Shown: piece after piece, positions 10,088 to 19,985 of the stretch
How positions within the stretch are numbered: the first letter of the stretch is position 1
Layout: the number at the start of each line of letters is the position of its first letter
Assembly: GCA_018653315.1 (NCBI GenBank)
Contig: JABIAL010000016.1
Location: 3,433-67,432, forward strand
From: a bacterium
GTDB taxonomy: Bacteria > Patescibacteriota > Patescibacteriia > UBA1558 > GWA2-36-10
Direction of reading: 5' to 3'
Length of the DNA stretch: 64,000 nt
Made by a program: the position numbers and the translations under genes
Notes under the pieces: model-generated
What the model was told of the DNA's origin: nothing
The model's input: only the letters and a program-made list of their open reading frames with translations
Databases searched by the model: none

Positions 10088-11661
10088 ACAGACCACGTCC
10101 AGTTGTTTTAATAGTGTTAGATGGTTTTGGTTTGGCTCCACCGTCACGAGCCAATGCTATTTCTTTGGCTAAAACACCCAATTTTGATAAGTATATGAGT
10201 AATTATCCGGTCATGCCAGTATCTGCTGCTGGAGGAGCGGTTGGTTTAAATTGGGGTGAAATTGGTAATTCAGAAGTGGGTCATTTATCTTTGGGTTCTG
10301 GTACTATTTGTTACCAGAATTTGCCACGGATCACAAAGTCTATTTCCGAGGGTGATTTTTTTTCTAATGAAGCTTTTATTTCTGCTTGCAAACATGTTAA
10401 AGAAAAAGGGTCTAGTTTGCATTTGATGGGTCTGATGTCTTCAGGTGGTGTGCATAGTTTTAATGAGCATCTGTATGCTTTAGTAGAATTAGCTAAGAAA
10501 GAGAAAGTAGAGCGAGTTTATATTCATGCATTTTTGGATGGTCGTGATGTTCCTTATAGTAGCGGTCTAAATTTTATTGCTAAATTGCAGGAAAAATTAA
10601 AAATAATTGGCTTAGGTGCAATAGCTTCAATTAGTGGTCGTTTTTATGCTATGGATCGTGATAATAATTGGGATCGAATAGAGAAAGCATATCGGGCTAT
10701 TGTTGACGGCAAGAATGAAATAAAATATGAAGATCCAGTAGAGGCTATCAAAGCGTCTTATAATCAAGGTATCTATGATGAAGAATTTGTACCAACTGCT
10801 ATCGTTGACGACAGACAGCAGGCTAAAGGTAAGATTCAAGACGGTGATGGTATTATTTTTTTCAATTTTCGTTCAGATCGAGCACGACAATTAACCAAAG
10901 CCTTGGTTTTACCAGGGTTTGAAAAATTTAAATGTCAATATTTTCAAAACTTATTTATGGTTACTATGACAGAATATGAAAAAGATTTACCAGTAACCAT
11001 TGCTTTTCCGCCAATAGTAATAAAAACTCCATTAGCTAAGGTTATTGCTGATGCTGGTTTAAAGCAATTACATACAGCGGAGACAGAGAAATTCGCTCAT
11101 GTTACTTATTTCTTTAATGGTGGTAGTGACATAATTTTTGATAATGAAGACAGAGAATTAATACCATCTCCTCATGTGCCTTCTTATGATCAGAAACCAG
11201 CCATGTCGGCTAGAGAAATTACCAATAAATTAGTGCAGAAAATAAAAGAGGGGAATTATGATTTTATAGTAGTTAATTATGCCAATGCGGACATGGTCGG
11301 ACATACTGGTAATTTGAATGCTACAATTGAAGCAGTAGAGATTCTAGATAAATTAATAGGAGAATTAGTAGATACTATTTTATCTTATAATGGCGTGGCA
11401 TTAATCACAGCTGATCATGGCAATGCAGAAGTTATGTATGATTTACAAACAGGTGAAATCAGCAAAGAACATTCTAATAATCCGGTGCCGTTATTTGTTA
11501 TTGGACAGCAATTTGCTGGTAAGAGTGTCTTGCCTGGTTTGTCGGGTAGAGATCTAAGTCAAATAACGCCAGTAGGTGTATTGGCAGATATAGCGCCAAC
11601 TGTTTTGAAAATCATGGGATTGAAAAAACCAGCCAAAATGACTGGTAGTTCGTTAGTTTAA
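10084..11661 (+). CDS. gpmI: 2,3-bisphosphoglycerate-independent phosphoglycerate mutase (copy 2)
   Basis: VLDGFG, GNSEVGH, DGRD, GRFYAMDRD, DMVGHTG, TADHGN. Confidence 0.96.
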   Translation: MNRPRPVVLIVLDGFGLAPPSRANAISLAKTPNFDKYMSNYPVMPVSAAGGAVGLNWGEIGNSEVGHLSLGSGTICYQNLPRITKSISEGDFFSNEAFISACKHVKEKGSSLHLMGLMSSGGVHSFNEHLYALVELAKKEKVERVYIHAFLDGRDVPYSSGLNFIAKLQEKLKIIGLGAIASISGRFYAMDRDNNWDRIEKAYRAIVDGKNEIKYEDPVEAIKASYNQGIYDEEFVPTAIVDDRQQAKGKIQDGDGIIFFNFRSDRARQLTKALVLPGFEKFKCQYFQNLFMVTMTEYEKDLPVTIAFPPIVIKTPLAKVIADAGLKQLHTAETEKFAHVTYFFNGGSDIIFDNEDRELIPSPHVPSYDQKPAMSAREITNKLVQKIKEGNYDFIVVNYANADMVGHTGNLNATIEAVEILDKLIGELVDTILSYNGVALITADHGNAEVMYDLQTGEISKEHSNNPVPLFVIGQQFAGKSVLPGLSGRDLSQITPVGVLADIAPTVLKIMGLKKPAKMTGSSLV

Positions 11662-11675
11662 TAAATTTTTAAAGA

Positions 11676-12113
11676 CTAGGGCCAAATATTAATTAGCCAA
11701 TAGCTCAGTATAATACCTACGATAATACCCGCTATTACTTCGACGGTTTTATGGCCAAATTTTTCTCCTAAGACAGGAAATTTGTATTCTTGTTCATCTG
11801 GCAGTTCTTTGACTAAATTATTTATCACTTTACCTTGTTGGCCAATAGCCTGACGGAAACCAAATGCATCTCTAATGATGATTAGGGCTAGTATAAGAGT
11901 GATTGCAAATGTGGATGATTGTAAACCATCATAATAACCAGTGATCACTGCTAAAGAGGTTACCATAGCAGCATGAGAAGAAGGCATGCCACCGTAAGTA
12001 TTGATTCTGCTTAATCTTTTCCAAGTCCACCCATCTTTAGTGTGAGTAAAAATTTTTAACACTTGAACGATAAACATTACGGCTAGGGGAATTAAAAATA
12101 ACTGATAATTCAT
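11676..12113 (-). CDS. DUF212 divergent PAP2 family membrane protein
   Basis: GGMPSSHAA, RDAFGFR, GHK..EV.AG. Confidence 0.9.
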   Translation of the reverse strand: MNYQLFLIPLAVMFIVQVLKIFTHTKDGWTWKRLSRINTYGGMPSSHAAMVTSLAVITGYYDGLQSSTFAITLILALIIIRDAFGFRQAIGQQGKVINNLVKELPDEQEYKFPVLGEKFGHKTVEVIAGIIVGIILSYWLINIWP

Positions 12114-12175
12114 AAATTTATTTTAATTATATTCACATTCGTGTATAGTATATCAAAATTAATCAAAATTAGAAA

Positions 12176-12934
12176 ATGGATATTTGGCAAACAATGATTT
12201 TAGGGACAGTACAAGGAATCGCAGAATGGCTCCCTATTTCTTCTAGTGGGCATTTAGTTTTGTTTGAACATTGGCTTGGTATCAAAGAAGCAGTAATAGA
12301 ATTTGATATTTTTTTACATTTAGCTAGTTTTTTTGTAGTTATTATATTTTTTCGGAAGCAGTTACGACAGGTTATTCAAGATTTTTTTGCGCCTAAAAAG
12401 TTTTTTCACCGATCAAGGCGTCTTTGGGGTTGGTATATTATAATCAGCACGATTGTTACTGGTGTTCTAGGTTGGATGTTTTATCAGCAGATAGAGTTAT
12501 TTAGAACCCCTGAATCAGTAGCTGGTTGGCTAATGGTAACTACCTTGTTGTTGCTAGCTACTATTTTTAGGAAAGAGAAAGGACATTTTGGTTTTTCGCA
12601 CGCTATTATTTTAGGATTAATGCAAGGACTAGCGGTGTTACCAGGACTTTCTCGTAGCGGAGCAGTGATTGCAATGGCGCTTATTTTGGGTCTTAAGAAA
12701 AAAGATGCTTTTGATTATGCTTTTTTGTTAGCAATTCCTGCTATTGGCGGTTCATTTTTGCTATCTCTAAATAATTTTAGCTGGCAGTGGATTTATTTGT
12801 CAGGATTTATAGTAGCCTTTGCTGTTGGTTATGCTTCTTTGATTTTATTGAAAAAAATAATTGATAGTAATTATTTTCATTGGTTTTTTGTTTACACTTT
12901 GTTATTATCTTTATTAGTTTTTAGCTTATCTTAA
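12176..12934 (+). CDS. uppP: Undecaprenyl-diphosphatase
   Basis: QGIAEWLPISSSGHL, PGLSRSG. Confidence 0.95.
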   Translation: MDIWQTMILGTVQGIAEWLPISSSGHLVLFEHWLGIKEAVIEFDIFLHLASFFVVIIFFRKQLRQVIQDFFAPKKFFHRSRRLWGWYIIISTIVTGVLGWMFYQQIELFRTPESVAGWLMVTTLLLLATIFRKEKGHFGFSHAIILGLMQGLAVLPGLSRSGAVIAMALILGLKKKDAFDYAFLLAIPAIGGSFLLSLNNFSWQWIYLSGFIVAFAVGYASLILLKKIIDSNYFHWFFVYTLLLSLLVFSLS

Positions 12935-14025
12935 TGTTATATCCAATTATCTTAGCCGGAGGTAGTGGTCAAAGATTATGGCCATTATCCACCATTAATA
13001 ATCCAAAACAAGTTAACGCTTTATTAGGTGAGGAAAGTTTATTGCAGGCTACTTATCAACGTTTGTTGTCTGGTTTTAAAGTTGAAGATATTTTTGTTGT
13101 AACTACAGGCGATTTAGTGTCGATGCTTCAAAAGCAGGTAGATTTTGATGAGGTGCATATGATCGCAGAGCCAGCTCGACGAGATACAGCTATGGCTATT
13201 GGTTTAGCGGCGGTGCATTTGTTTCATCATGACACAGAAGCTATTATGGTTACTGTGAATAGTGATGCTTTTATTAAAGAAACAGAGGAGTATCTTAAAA
13301 TTTTGAAATCAGCCGGACAAATAGTTCAAAATAATCCGGATAAATTTTTGTTAGTAGGGATTAAGCCAGAATACCCAGAAACGGGCTATGGTTATATAGA
13401 AATGTTTAAAGATAAAATAGACACTATTGATGGTCGTGATGTTTATCAGGTGAAGACTTTTAAAGAAAAACCAGATCTAGCCACGGCTGAAAAATATGTA
13501 GCTCAGCCAAATTTTTTGTGGAATCCTGCTATGTTTGTTTTTAAAGTTAGTAGTTTATTTGAGTGGTATAAAAAGTTTTTACCGGATATCTATCAGGGCT
13601 TAATGGAAATAAAACTTGCCTTAGAGAGCGGAGATAATAAGCAATATCAAGATGTTTTAGCTGATGTTTATGATAAAGTTGAGCCAGTATCAATTGATTA
13701 TGGCTTATTAGAAAAAATGACCGATATGTTGGTAATGCCAGTTAATTTGACTTGGGCAGACATTGGTCATTGGCGGGCTTTGCGTGATGTACAATTATCT
13801 GCTACTGATTTAGCTAATGTTAGCAATAGTCAGCATATTGATCTTGATAGTAAAGATAACTTGTTATATTCTTCTAGTGGTAAGTTAATTGCTACTTTGG
13901 GAGTAAAAGATATGGTCCTGGTAGAGACTAAAGACGTAATCTTTTTATGCTCAGCCAAACGGGCGCAAGATATTAAACATTTATTAAAAAAGTTTTCAGA
14001 TAAAGATTTGAAGAAATATTTATGA
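12934..14025 (+). CDS. manC: Mannose-1-phosphate guanylyltransferase
   Basis: ILAGGSGQRLWPLS..PKQ, PETGYGYI, FKEKP, SIDYG.LEK. Confidence 0.92.
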   Translation: MLYPIILAGGSGQRLWPLSTINNPKQVNALLGEESLLQATYQRLLSGFKVEDIFVVTTGDLVSMLQKQVDFDEVHMIAEPARRDTAMAIGLAAVHLFHHDTEAIMVTVNSDAFIKETEEYLKILKSAGQIVQNNPDKFLLVGIKPEYPETGYGYIEMFKDKIDTIDGRDVYQVKTFKEKPDLATAEKYVAQPNFLWNPAMFVFKVSSLFEWYKKFLPDIYQGLMEIKLALESGDNKQYQDVLADVYDKVEPVSIDYGLLEKMTDMLVMPVNLTWADIGHWRALRDVQLSATDLANVSNSQHIDLDSKDNLLYSSSGKLIATLGVKDMVLVETKDVIFLCSAKRAQDIKHLLKKFSDKDLKKYL

Positions 14026-15017
14026 TAAAGATAATCAAATTTATTATATTAATTGCCATTATTATAGCAGCTTGGTTTTTTTTGGTATTAAATAGAGGGA
14101 ATGATATAGAGCAAAAATCTTTTATTATAAAATCTGGACAAGGTGTTAATGAAATTAGTGGTAATTTAAAAGATGCTGATTTGATCAAGAATAAATTAGT
14201 TTTTGAAACTTGGCTTTGGCTTAATAAAGTAGAGGATGATGTTAAAGCTGGTATTTATGTAATGCCGGCAGATATTTCTATTCGTCGTTTAGCTAATCTG
14301 ATTTTAAATATACCAGCTAATCAGCAACAGACATTTACCATTATTGAGGGTTGGCATCGCCGTTGGCCACAATTAAAAGATTTATTAGTAGAACATAATT
14401 TTACCCATGATAATTTTTTGTCTTTGACTGACAGCAAGCAGGATTGGCAAGATGAGTATGATTTTTTAATTGATGCAACTAGTAACGCTACCTTAGAGGG
14501 TTATTTATATCCAGATACATATTTCATTGATGCTAATACTAGTTTGGAGAGTTTAATCCGTAAATCTTTGAATAATTTTGATAAGAAATTAACAGCAGAT
14601 TTACGAGCAGAAATTGCCCACCAAAACAAAAGTATTTTTGAAATTTTAACCCTAGCCTCTATCGTAGAAAGGGAAGTGTCAGGACTAGCTGATAAAAAAA
14701 TGGTAGCAGATATTTTTTGGAAAAGAATTAAGGCTGGAATCGGTTTGCAGTCAGATGCTACAGTTAATTTTGTGACCGGTAAGGGTTTGGCTCAGCCAAC
14801 TTTTGCTGATTTAGAGATTGATTCCCTATATAATACCTATAAGTACCGTGGATTGCCACCAGGGCCTATTTCTAGCCCTAGCATTGAAACTATTGAAGCA
14901 GTGATCTATCCAACAGCCAATGAATATTATTATTTTTTAACTACTCCGGAAGGGGAGGCAATTTATAGTAAAACTTATGATGAGCATTTGCAAAATAAAT
15001 ATAAATATTTAGATTAA
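14022..15017 (+). CDS. mltG: Endolytic transglycosylase
   Basis: N-terminal TM, EGYLYPDTY, LASIVERE, LQSDAT, YNTYKYRGLPPGPI. Confidence 0.95.
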   Translation: MIKIIKFIILIAIIIAAWFFLVLNRGNDIEQKSFIIKSGQGVNEISGNLKDADLIKNKLVFETWLWLNKVEDDVKAGIYVMPADISIRRLANLILNIPANQQQTFTIIEGWHRRWPQLKDLLVEHNFTHDNFLSLTDSKQDWQDEYDFLIDATSNATLEGYLYPDTYFIDANTSLESLIRKSLNNFDKKLTADLRAEIAHQNKSIFEILTLASIVEREVSGLADKKMVADIFWKRIKAGIGLQSDATVNFVTGKGLAQPTFADLEIDSLYNTYKYRGLPPGPISSPSIETIEAVIYPTANEYYYFLTTPEGEAIYSKTYDEHLQNKYKYLD

Positions 15018-15035
15018 GAGTTTGTCAAGATATAT

Positions 15036-15064
15036 TTGACATATTTAGATAATTACTATATAAT
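15036..15064 (+). promoter_or_regulatory. Sigma70 promoter of rplJL
   Basis: TTGACA-17 bp-TATAAT. Confidence 0.85.
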
Positions 15065-15083
15065 ATTGATACAAATTAAATAA

Positions 15084-15195
15084 ATTTACCAAAGATAGTG
15101 GGTTTTTTAGCTAATATTAGCTAGAATATAAATCCTGCCGAGGTGAGAATATTAGTCATTTTTCATTGTCTGCGGTAAATTCGCAGATTTTTTTA
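15084..15195 (+). ncRNA. L10 leader (ribosomal protein autoregulatory RNA)
   Basis: CCAAAGATAGTGGG...TAAATCCTGCCGAGG resembles the L10-leader core; followed by hairpin TCTGCG/CGCAGA with T-run just before rplJ. Confidence 0.8.
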
Positions 15196-15207
15196 ATAAA
15201 AAAATAT

Positions 15208-15735
15208 ATGCCAAAAACTAAAGAACAAAAGAAAGAAGCATTAAAAAGCATTCAAGATAAGTTGAATGACAGTAAATCAGTGGTTTTTTCCTCAGACAAT
15301 GGTTTGGGTGTGAAAACAGCTGAAGATTTACGAAAAGAATTAAAAAAGGTCGGAGGAGAATACTTAGTAGTCAAAAAGACTTTGTTAAAAAAAGTATTAG
15401 CTGAAATGGAAGGCTCAGATCAAATCAATGATTTGTCTGGCTCAGTAGCTTTATCTTTTTCTTATGACGATGAGGTTGCGGCTGCTAGTGTTTTAAATAA
15501 ATTTTCTAAAGGAAACGAAACCTTAAGTATTGGTGGAGGAATTTTGGAAAATAAATTGATTTTACCGGAAATGGTAAAACGATTGGCTACTTTACCATCT
15601 AAAGAAGAATTATTATCCAAAGTTGTTGGCAGCTTGCAAGCTCCAATTTCTGGTATGGTAAATGTATTACATGGTAATTTACGTAATTTAGTTGGCGTTC
15701 TAAGCGCTATTAAAGATAATAAACCTACAGAATAA
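15208..15735 (+). CDS. rplJ: 50S ribosomal protein L10
   Basis: MPKTKEQK start (ATG 15208), VVKKTLL, LATLPSKEELL. Confidence 0.95.
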   Translation: MPKTKEQKKEALKSIQDKLNDSKSVVFSSDNGLGVKTAEDLRKELKKVGGEYLVVKKTLLKKVLAEMEGSDQINDLSGSVALSFSYDDEVAAASVLNKFSKGNETLSIGGGILENKLILPEMVKRLATLPSKEELLSKVVGSLQAPISGMVNVLHGNLRNLVGVLSAIKDNKPTE

Positions 15736-15764
15736 TTTTAATTTATTAATAAATCAATAATATT

Positions 15765-16172
15765 ATGTCAGAAGAAGTAAAAAAAGAAGTAGAGGTACCT
15801 GCAAAATTTAAAGGTATTATCGAAGAAATCGAAAAAATGTCAGTGCTTGATTTATCTGAATTGGTAACAATTTTAGAAGATAAATTTGGTGTTTCAGCCG
15901 CTGCTCCAGTTGCTGTTGCTGCCGCTGGTGCTCCAGCTGGCGAAGAAGCTGCTGAAGAAAAATCAGCATTTAATGTTGAATTAACCGCCGCTGGTGACAA
16001 AAAAATCAGTGTTATCAAAGCAGTTAGAGAAATTACTCAACTAGGCTTAAAAGAAGCTAAAGATATGGTTGATGGTGCTCCAGTAGTTATCAAAGAAGGT
16101 GTTAAAAAAGAAGAAGCTGAAGAAATGAAAGCTAAAATCACCGAAGCTGGTGGTACTGTAACTTTGAAATAA
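15765..16172 (+). CDS. rplL: 50S ribosomal protein L7/L12
   Basis: [26 protein letters not shown]. Confidence 0.98.
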   Translation: MSEEVKKEVEVPAKFKGIIEEIEKMSVLDLSELVTILEDKFGVSAAAPVAVAAAGAPAGEEAAEEKSAFNVELTAAGDKKISVIKAVREITQLGLKEAKDMVDGAPVVIKEGVKKEEAEEMKAKITEAGGTVTLK

Positions 16173-16186
16173 GAATTTTCAAAAAT

Positions 16187-16219
16187 AAAAAACAAGCTCG
16201 TAAATGAGCTTGTTTTTTT
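16187..16219. terminator. Bidirectional intrinsic terminator
   Basis: AAAAAACAAGCTC-GTAAAT-GAGCTTGTTTTTTT between convergent genes. Confidence 0.85.
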
Positions 16220-16228
16220 GTACTTTAA

Positions 16229-18340
16229 TTATTCATTAATAGCTAATAGATATAGATGATTACCATTGAGTAAATAAATAGCTTTTTCTTCTTGGTCTAT
16301 TGCTAGATCAACTAGATTATCAAATTTAAGTGAAGTGTATTGATCTTTGATGTTGCCTTCTTTGTCCAAAATAGCTACTCGTTGGTTATCTGGATCAATA
16401 ATATATAGATAATCAGAATCTGTGAATGTTTTGAGAATTGCTTTGGAGCCTAATTTTGGATGTGGTTGATGATAATTAAAAATATCCCGAGAGCCTTTGC
16501 GAAGTTTTAGTATTTGTCCGCTGTTAAACATGACGTACATATCGCCATCTAAAGTAAAACTATTAGCATCACTTAGATCAATATCATCTTGCAGCCAGTT
16601 AACGCCATTACTGAATGATTGACCACGTTCCGGGTATTTGAATATTTGGCTAGCTATAGTGTCTAACACGTATAGATTGTTGCTATAAATAGACATGTCT
16701 TGCACGCTAGTATTGCCGACACTTTGAGTAAAGCTAAATGAGTCTATTTGCTGATCATCTAAGTTAAAAATAACATATTCTTGATCGCCACTTATAATAA
16801 GTTGATTTTTATTTGGCCAATCAGCTAGTGTTTTTCCATTAGGATAACTAGTTAAAACACGTGGTGATTGTTCCTCGAGAATATATAAATTTTCTTGATC
16901 TAAAATATAAAATTGTCCGTCTTTTTGGACGATTTGTTTTGATTGATTAAGTTCACTAAGATCAAATAATTCCAAAGGAGAATCGACATAATTAATATGA
17001 CGAACTTTATTAAGCATGCGGACAGCTTGTTCTTTGGCGGTGTTTAGTTCTTCTTCTTGACTTGGTGAGCTAGACTCTAAGCTGTCTAGCATATCTTGAA
17101 TGTTTAGTAATAATTCTTCTGCTCTTTTTTCATCATCATAAATCAAACTAGCTTCTACTTCATTAAGACTATTATTGATTGCCTGAATTGATTTGTCATA
17201 GGCATCTTCTTGTTTGTTGATGGCTTGTTTTTGGGTTAAAAATACTAAACTTTGTAAAAATATCAATAACACAGCAATTACACTAATTAGTAACACTTTT
17301 TTTTGCCAGCTTAAATTACTAAACCAATTGACACGTTTGTTAATTGATTTTTGACTTGTTTGTAAGATGTTGCTTTCTCTGTCTTGTCGATATTGGCTAG
17401 AAAAGATAAATAGCCAAGCATTTTTGATATAGTGTCCAGTAGTAGTAAATATTTTAGCTACAAAATTAAAATATATTTTAGCAAATTGCCATATTTGAAC
17501 GAATATTTGAAAGATTTTGATATTTTTTAGACCATCTTTATCAAAAACAAGTTTAGTACGGGTTGATTTGCGATGTTTTGTTTTATGATCTTTTGTTTGA
17601 ATTGTACTCTGTGCTTCAATAATACCATCATTATCGTTATCATCGTCAGATTGTACGCTGATTTGTGTTTGTTCATTTGGTATATCTAAATCATGTCCAC
17701 TAGGGCGTTTGATTACTAATGAATTGAAAGTAACAAAATCAGGAACGGTGTCTAGTAGTTGTTTAAATTGGACAACTGCCGCTTGAGGGGTGTATTTTTT
17801 GATGATTCTTTTAATTTTTTCTTCGGAAATGTAATCAAATAAAGCGTTAGTAGATATAATTAAAGCATCTCCAGTGTCTAATTGACCAGAAACTATATCT
17901 GTAAAAATTTTGCTAGGATCAAAATCTGTATTTGCCTCTAGAATTTGAGTGGTCTGGTTACTGTGGATTAATAAACCGCCGACATTTCCAATGCTGGCTA
18001 AATAAACACTGTCTTGATGTATGATGCCAACAACAATATCTAGTGTTTGTAGCCAATTTTTAATTTTATGGGTATTTAATTCTGGTAAAATTTGGTTAAG
18101 TTCTTGTAAAATTTCTTCTAATAATAATTCTGGATCATCTTGAGGACTAGAAATAAAATGATGCGTTAAAGCCTCAATGATTTGGTCGATCATTGGTTGT
18201 TGATTGATTTTATTTTTAGGAGTTTCCAAGATTAAAAATAGTTGTCCACGCTCACTAGCATCACTAAAATAAACCTCGGATAATTCACGAGCATTTATGT
18301 GGTCATGTACAAAAAGTTTGTTATATTCTAAGTGAGACAT
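16229..18340 (-). CDS. Membrane protein: degenerate PP2C-like N-domain, TM, beta-propeller-like C-domain
   Basis: VYLASIGN and GQLDTGDALIISTNALFDYI resemble the PP2C fold; one TM; repeated YILD/YVLD strands (NHL-like). Confidence 0.6.
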   Translation of the reverse strand: MSHLEYNKLFVHDHINARELSEVYFSDASERGQLFLILETPKNKINQQPMIDQIIEALTHHFISSPQDDPELLLEEILQELNQILPELNTHKIKNWLQTLDIVVGIIHQDSVYLASIGNVGGLLIHSNQTTQILEANTDFDPSKIFTDIVSGQLDTGDALIISTNALFDYISEEKIKRIIKKYTPQAAVVQFKQLLDTVPDFVTFNSLVIKRPSGHDLDIPNEQTQISVQSDDDNDNDGIIEAQSTIQTKDHKTKHRKSTRTKLVFDKDGLKNIKIFQIFVQIWQFAKIYFNFVAKIFTTTGHYIKNAWLFIFSSQYRQDRESNILQTSQKSINKRVNWFSNLSWQKKVLLISVIAVLLIFLQSLVFLTQKQAINKQEDAYDKSIQAINNSLNEVEASLIYDDEKRAEELLLNIQDMLDSLESSSPSQEEELNTAKEQAVRMLNKVRHINYVDSPLELFDLSELNQSKQIVQKDGQFYILDQENLYILEEQSPRVLTSYPNGKTLADWPNKNQLIISGDQEYVIFNLDDQQIDSFSFTQSVGNTSVQDMSIYSNNLYVLDTIASQIFKYPERGQSFSNGVNWLQDDIDLSDANSFTLDGDMYVMFNSGQILKLRKGSRDIFNYHQPHPKLGSKAILKTFTDSDYLYIIDPDNQRVAILDKEGNIKDQYTSLKFDNLVDLAIDQEEKAIYLLNGNHLYLLAINE

Positions 18341-18399
18341 TTTACATTTCTTTCAAATAATATTATACTATATTTAGTCTATTTAGTAAATAAATCAAT

Positions 18400-19005
18400 A
18401 TGCTTGAACAAATACTTGGTTCAACTATTCGTACAAAAATTATTAATTATTTTTGCTTGCATTTGGATGAGCAAATTTTTGTGCGTGAATTAACTAAGAA
18501 TTTAGGTGGCCAACTTAACTCTGTAAGACGAGAACTTGATAATTTGGTCAAATTTGGCTTGCTGAAATCCGAGATTAAGAAAGGTAAAAAGTCTTATTTT
18601 GCTAATAAAGACTTCGCTTTATTAAGTGAGTTGAAAAATCTAGTTTTTAAGGCAATTACCTTAGAAGAGATGCATATTGCTGATAAAATGTCTAAATTAT
18701 CTGGTCTTAGTTTGTTAATTTTTACTGGAAATTTGTCTAATATACCGACTAAGACCGATGTGTTGATCGTAGGTAAAGTAAAAAAGGCAGATTTCTATAA
18801 ATTTTTAGAGAAAATTGCTGAAGGGATGATAGAGAATTTACGCTATACCTTTATGTCTAAAAGTGATTATATCTATAGAGTGGAAATAACTGATAAGTTT
18901 ATTTATGATATTTTATCTCAAGAACATATTGTGATAGTTGATAAAATATCTAAAAATCTTAAGAAAAAACAATTAGATGAATTTGATTTTAAACATTTTA
19001 GATAA
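18400..19005 (+). CDS. Winged-HTH regulator with nucleotidyltransferase-like C-domain
   Basis: GSTIRTKI...VRELT...NSVRREL HTH; IFTG...DVLIVG NTase-like motif. Confidence 0.7.
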   Translation: MLEQILGSTIRTKIINYFCLHLDEQIFVRELTKNLGGQLNSVRRELDNLVKFGLLKSEIKKGKKSYFANKDFALLSELKNLVFKAITLEEMHIADKMSKLSGLSLLIFTGNLSNIPTKTDVLIVGKVKKADFYKFLEKIAEGMIENLRYTFMSKSDYIYRVEITDKFIYDILSQEHIVIVDKISKNLKKKQLDEFDFKHFR

Positions 19006-19393
19006 TAATAGCGCTGAATGGATTTTGGTAGATGAGATAGAGAAAAAGCATCGATTTGCCATGCAGCAAGGCCAAGAAAATATTCTAGCTGAGCTAGATG
19101 TTTTTTTGGGTAAAGAAAAAGTAAAGTTAGGCGATATAGATGGTTTAGGTCTAGCTATAAAGCAAGCTAGCTTAACACAAGTTAAAGTACAGGTGACTAT
19201 TATCAATACCTTGGGTTGGCAATTAAACATATCCACAGTAGCTGATTTTTATTATAAAGATGACTTAAAGATAGAGGGTCTTGTAACTCAAATAAAGAAA
19301 CAAAAGCATTTTCAAGCAATTAAACCAGAATATCAGCGAGAAGCTGAAATAACGATAAGTAAAAAAACACCAAAATTTACTATAAGTAAATAA
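18977..19393 (+). CDS. Reduced TsaB-like protein
   Basis: L.DIDGLG...SLT..K...TI.NTLG and C-terminal P.Y..E..IT resemble TsaB. Confidence 0.55.
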   Translation: MNLILNILDNNSAEWILVDEIEKKHRFAMQQGQENILAELDVFLGKEKVKLGDIDGLGLAIKQASLTQVKVQVTIINTLGWQLNISTVADFYYKDDLKIEGLVTQIKKQKHFQAIKPEYQREAEITISKKTPKFTISK

Positions 19394-19459
19394 ATTTAAT
19401 AAACATTATTTAGAAAACAGCTAAAGAGGCTGTTTTTTTAGTTTTCCACAGCATCTTGA

Positions 19460-19525
19460 TTGACACTGTGTATTATGGTGGAGTATAATGGTATTAATAA
19501 CCTAAAAAGTGGGGAAAAGTGGGGG
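19460..19525 (+). promoter_or_regulatory. dcw promoter with MraZ-binding repeats
   Basis: TTGACA-18 bp-TATAAT, then AAAGTGGGG repeated at 10-bp spacing (GTGGG at 19509 and 19519). Confidence 0.8.
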
Positions 19526-19551
19526 ATTAATAATGGTAGCTGTGGATAAGT

Positions 19552-19983
19552 ATGTTTATTGGAGAGTACAACTACAATTTAGATGATAAAAATCGTTTAG
19601 CGGTACCGACCAAGTTTCGTAAATTTTTTAATGATGGGGCAATTATTACCAAAGGTTTAGATAATTGTCTATTTATTTATACTAAAAAAGAGTGGGATAA
19701 ATTAGTAAAACGTTTAGCTGATCTACCAATTAGCCAAGCTAAGTCTCGAGCATTTTCTCGTTTGATGTTAGCTGGAGCAATGGATGTTAATGTAGATAAA
19801 CAAGGACGAATGATAATGCCTGATTATCTCAAAAAGTTTGCTGGTTTAAATAAAAAGATAATTTTAGCTGGTTTGTATAATCGTTTAGAAGTTTGGGACG
19901 AGAAAGTTTGGAATAAGTATCAATCTGTTACAGATAAAGATAGTGGTGATATTGCCGAAGGCTTGGTTGATTTGGGTATTTAA
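19552..19983 (+). CDS. mraZ: Division/cell wall cluster regulator
   Basis: MFIGEY..LDDKNRL.VP, DKQGR..P. Confidence 0.97.
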   Translation: MFIGEYNYNLDDKNRLAVPTKFRKFFNDGAIITKGLDNCLFIYTKKEWDKLVKRLADLPISQAKSRAFSRLMLAGAMDVNVDKQGRMIMPDYLKKFAGLNKKIILAGLYNRLEVWDEKVWNKYQSVTDKDSGDIAEGLVDLGI

Positions 19984-19985
19984 TT

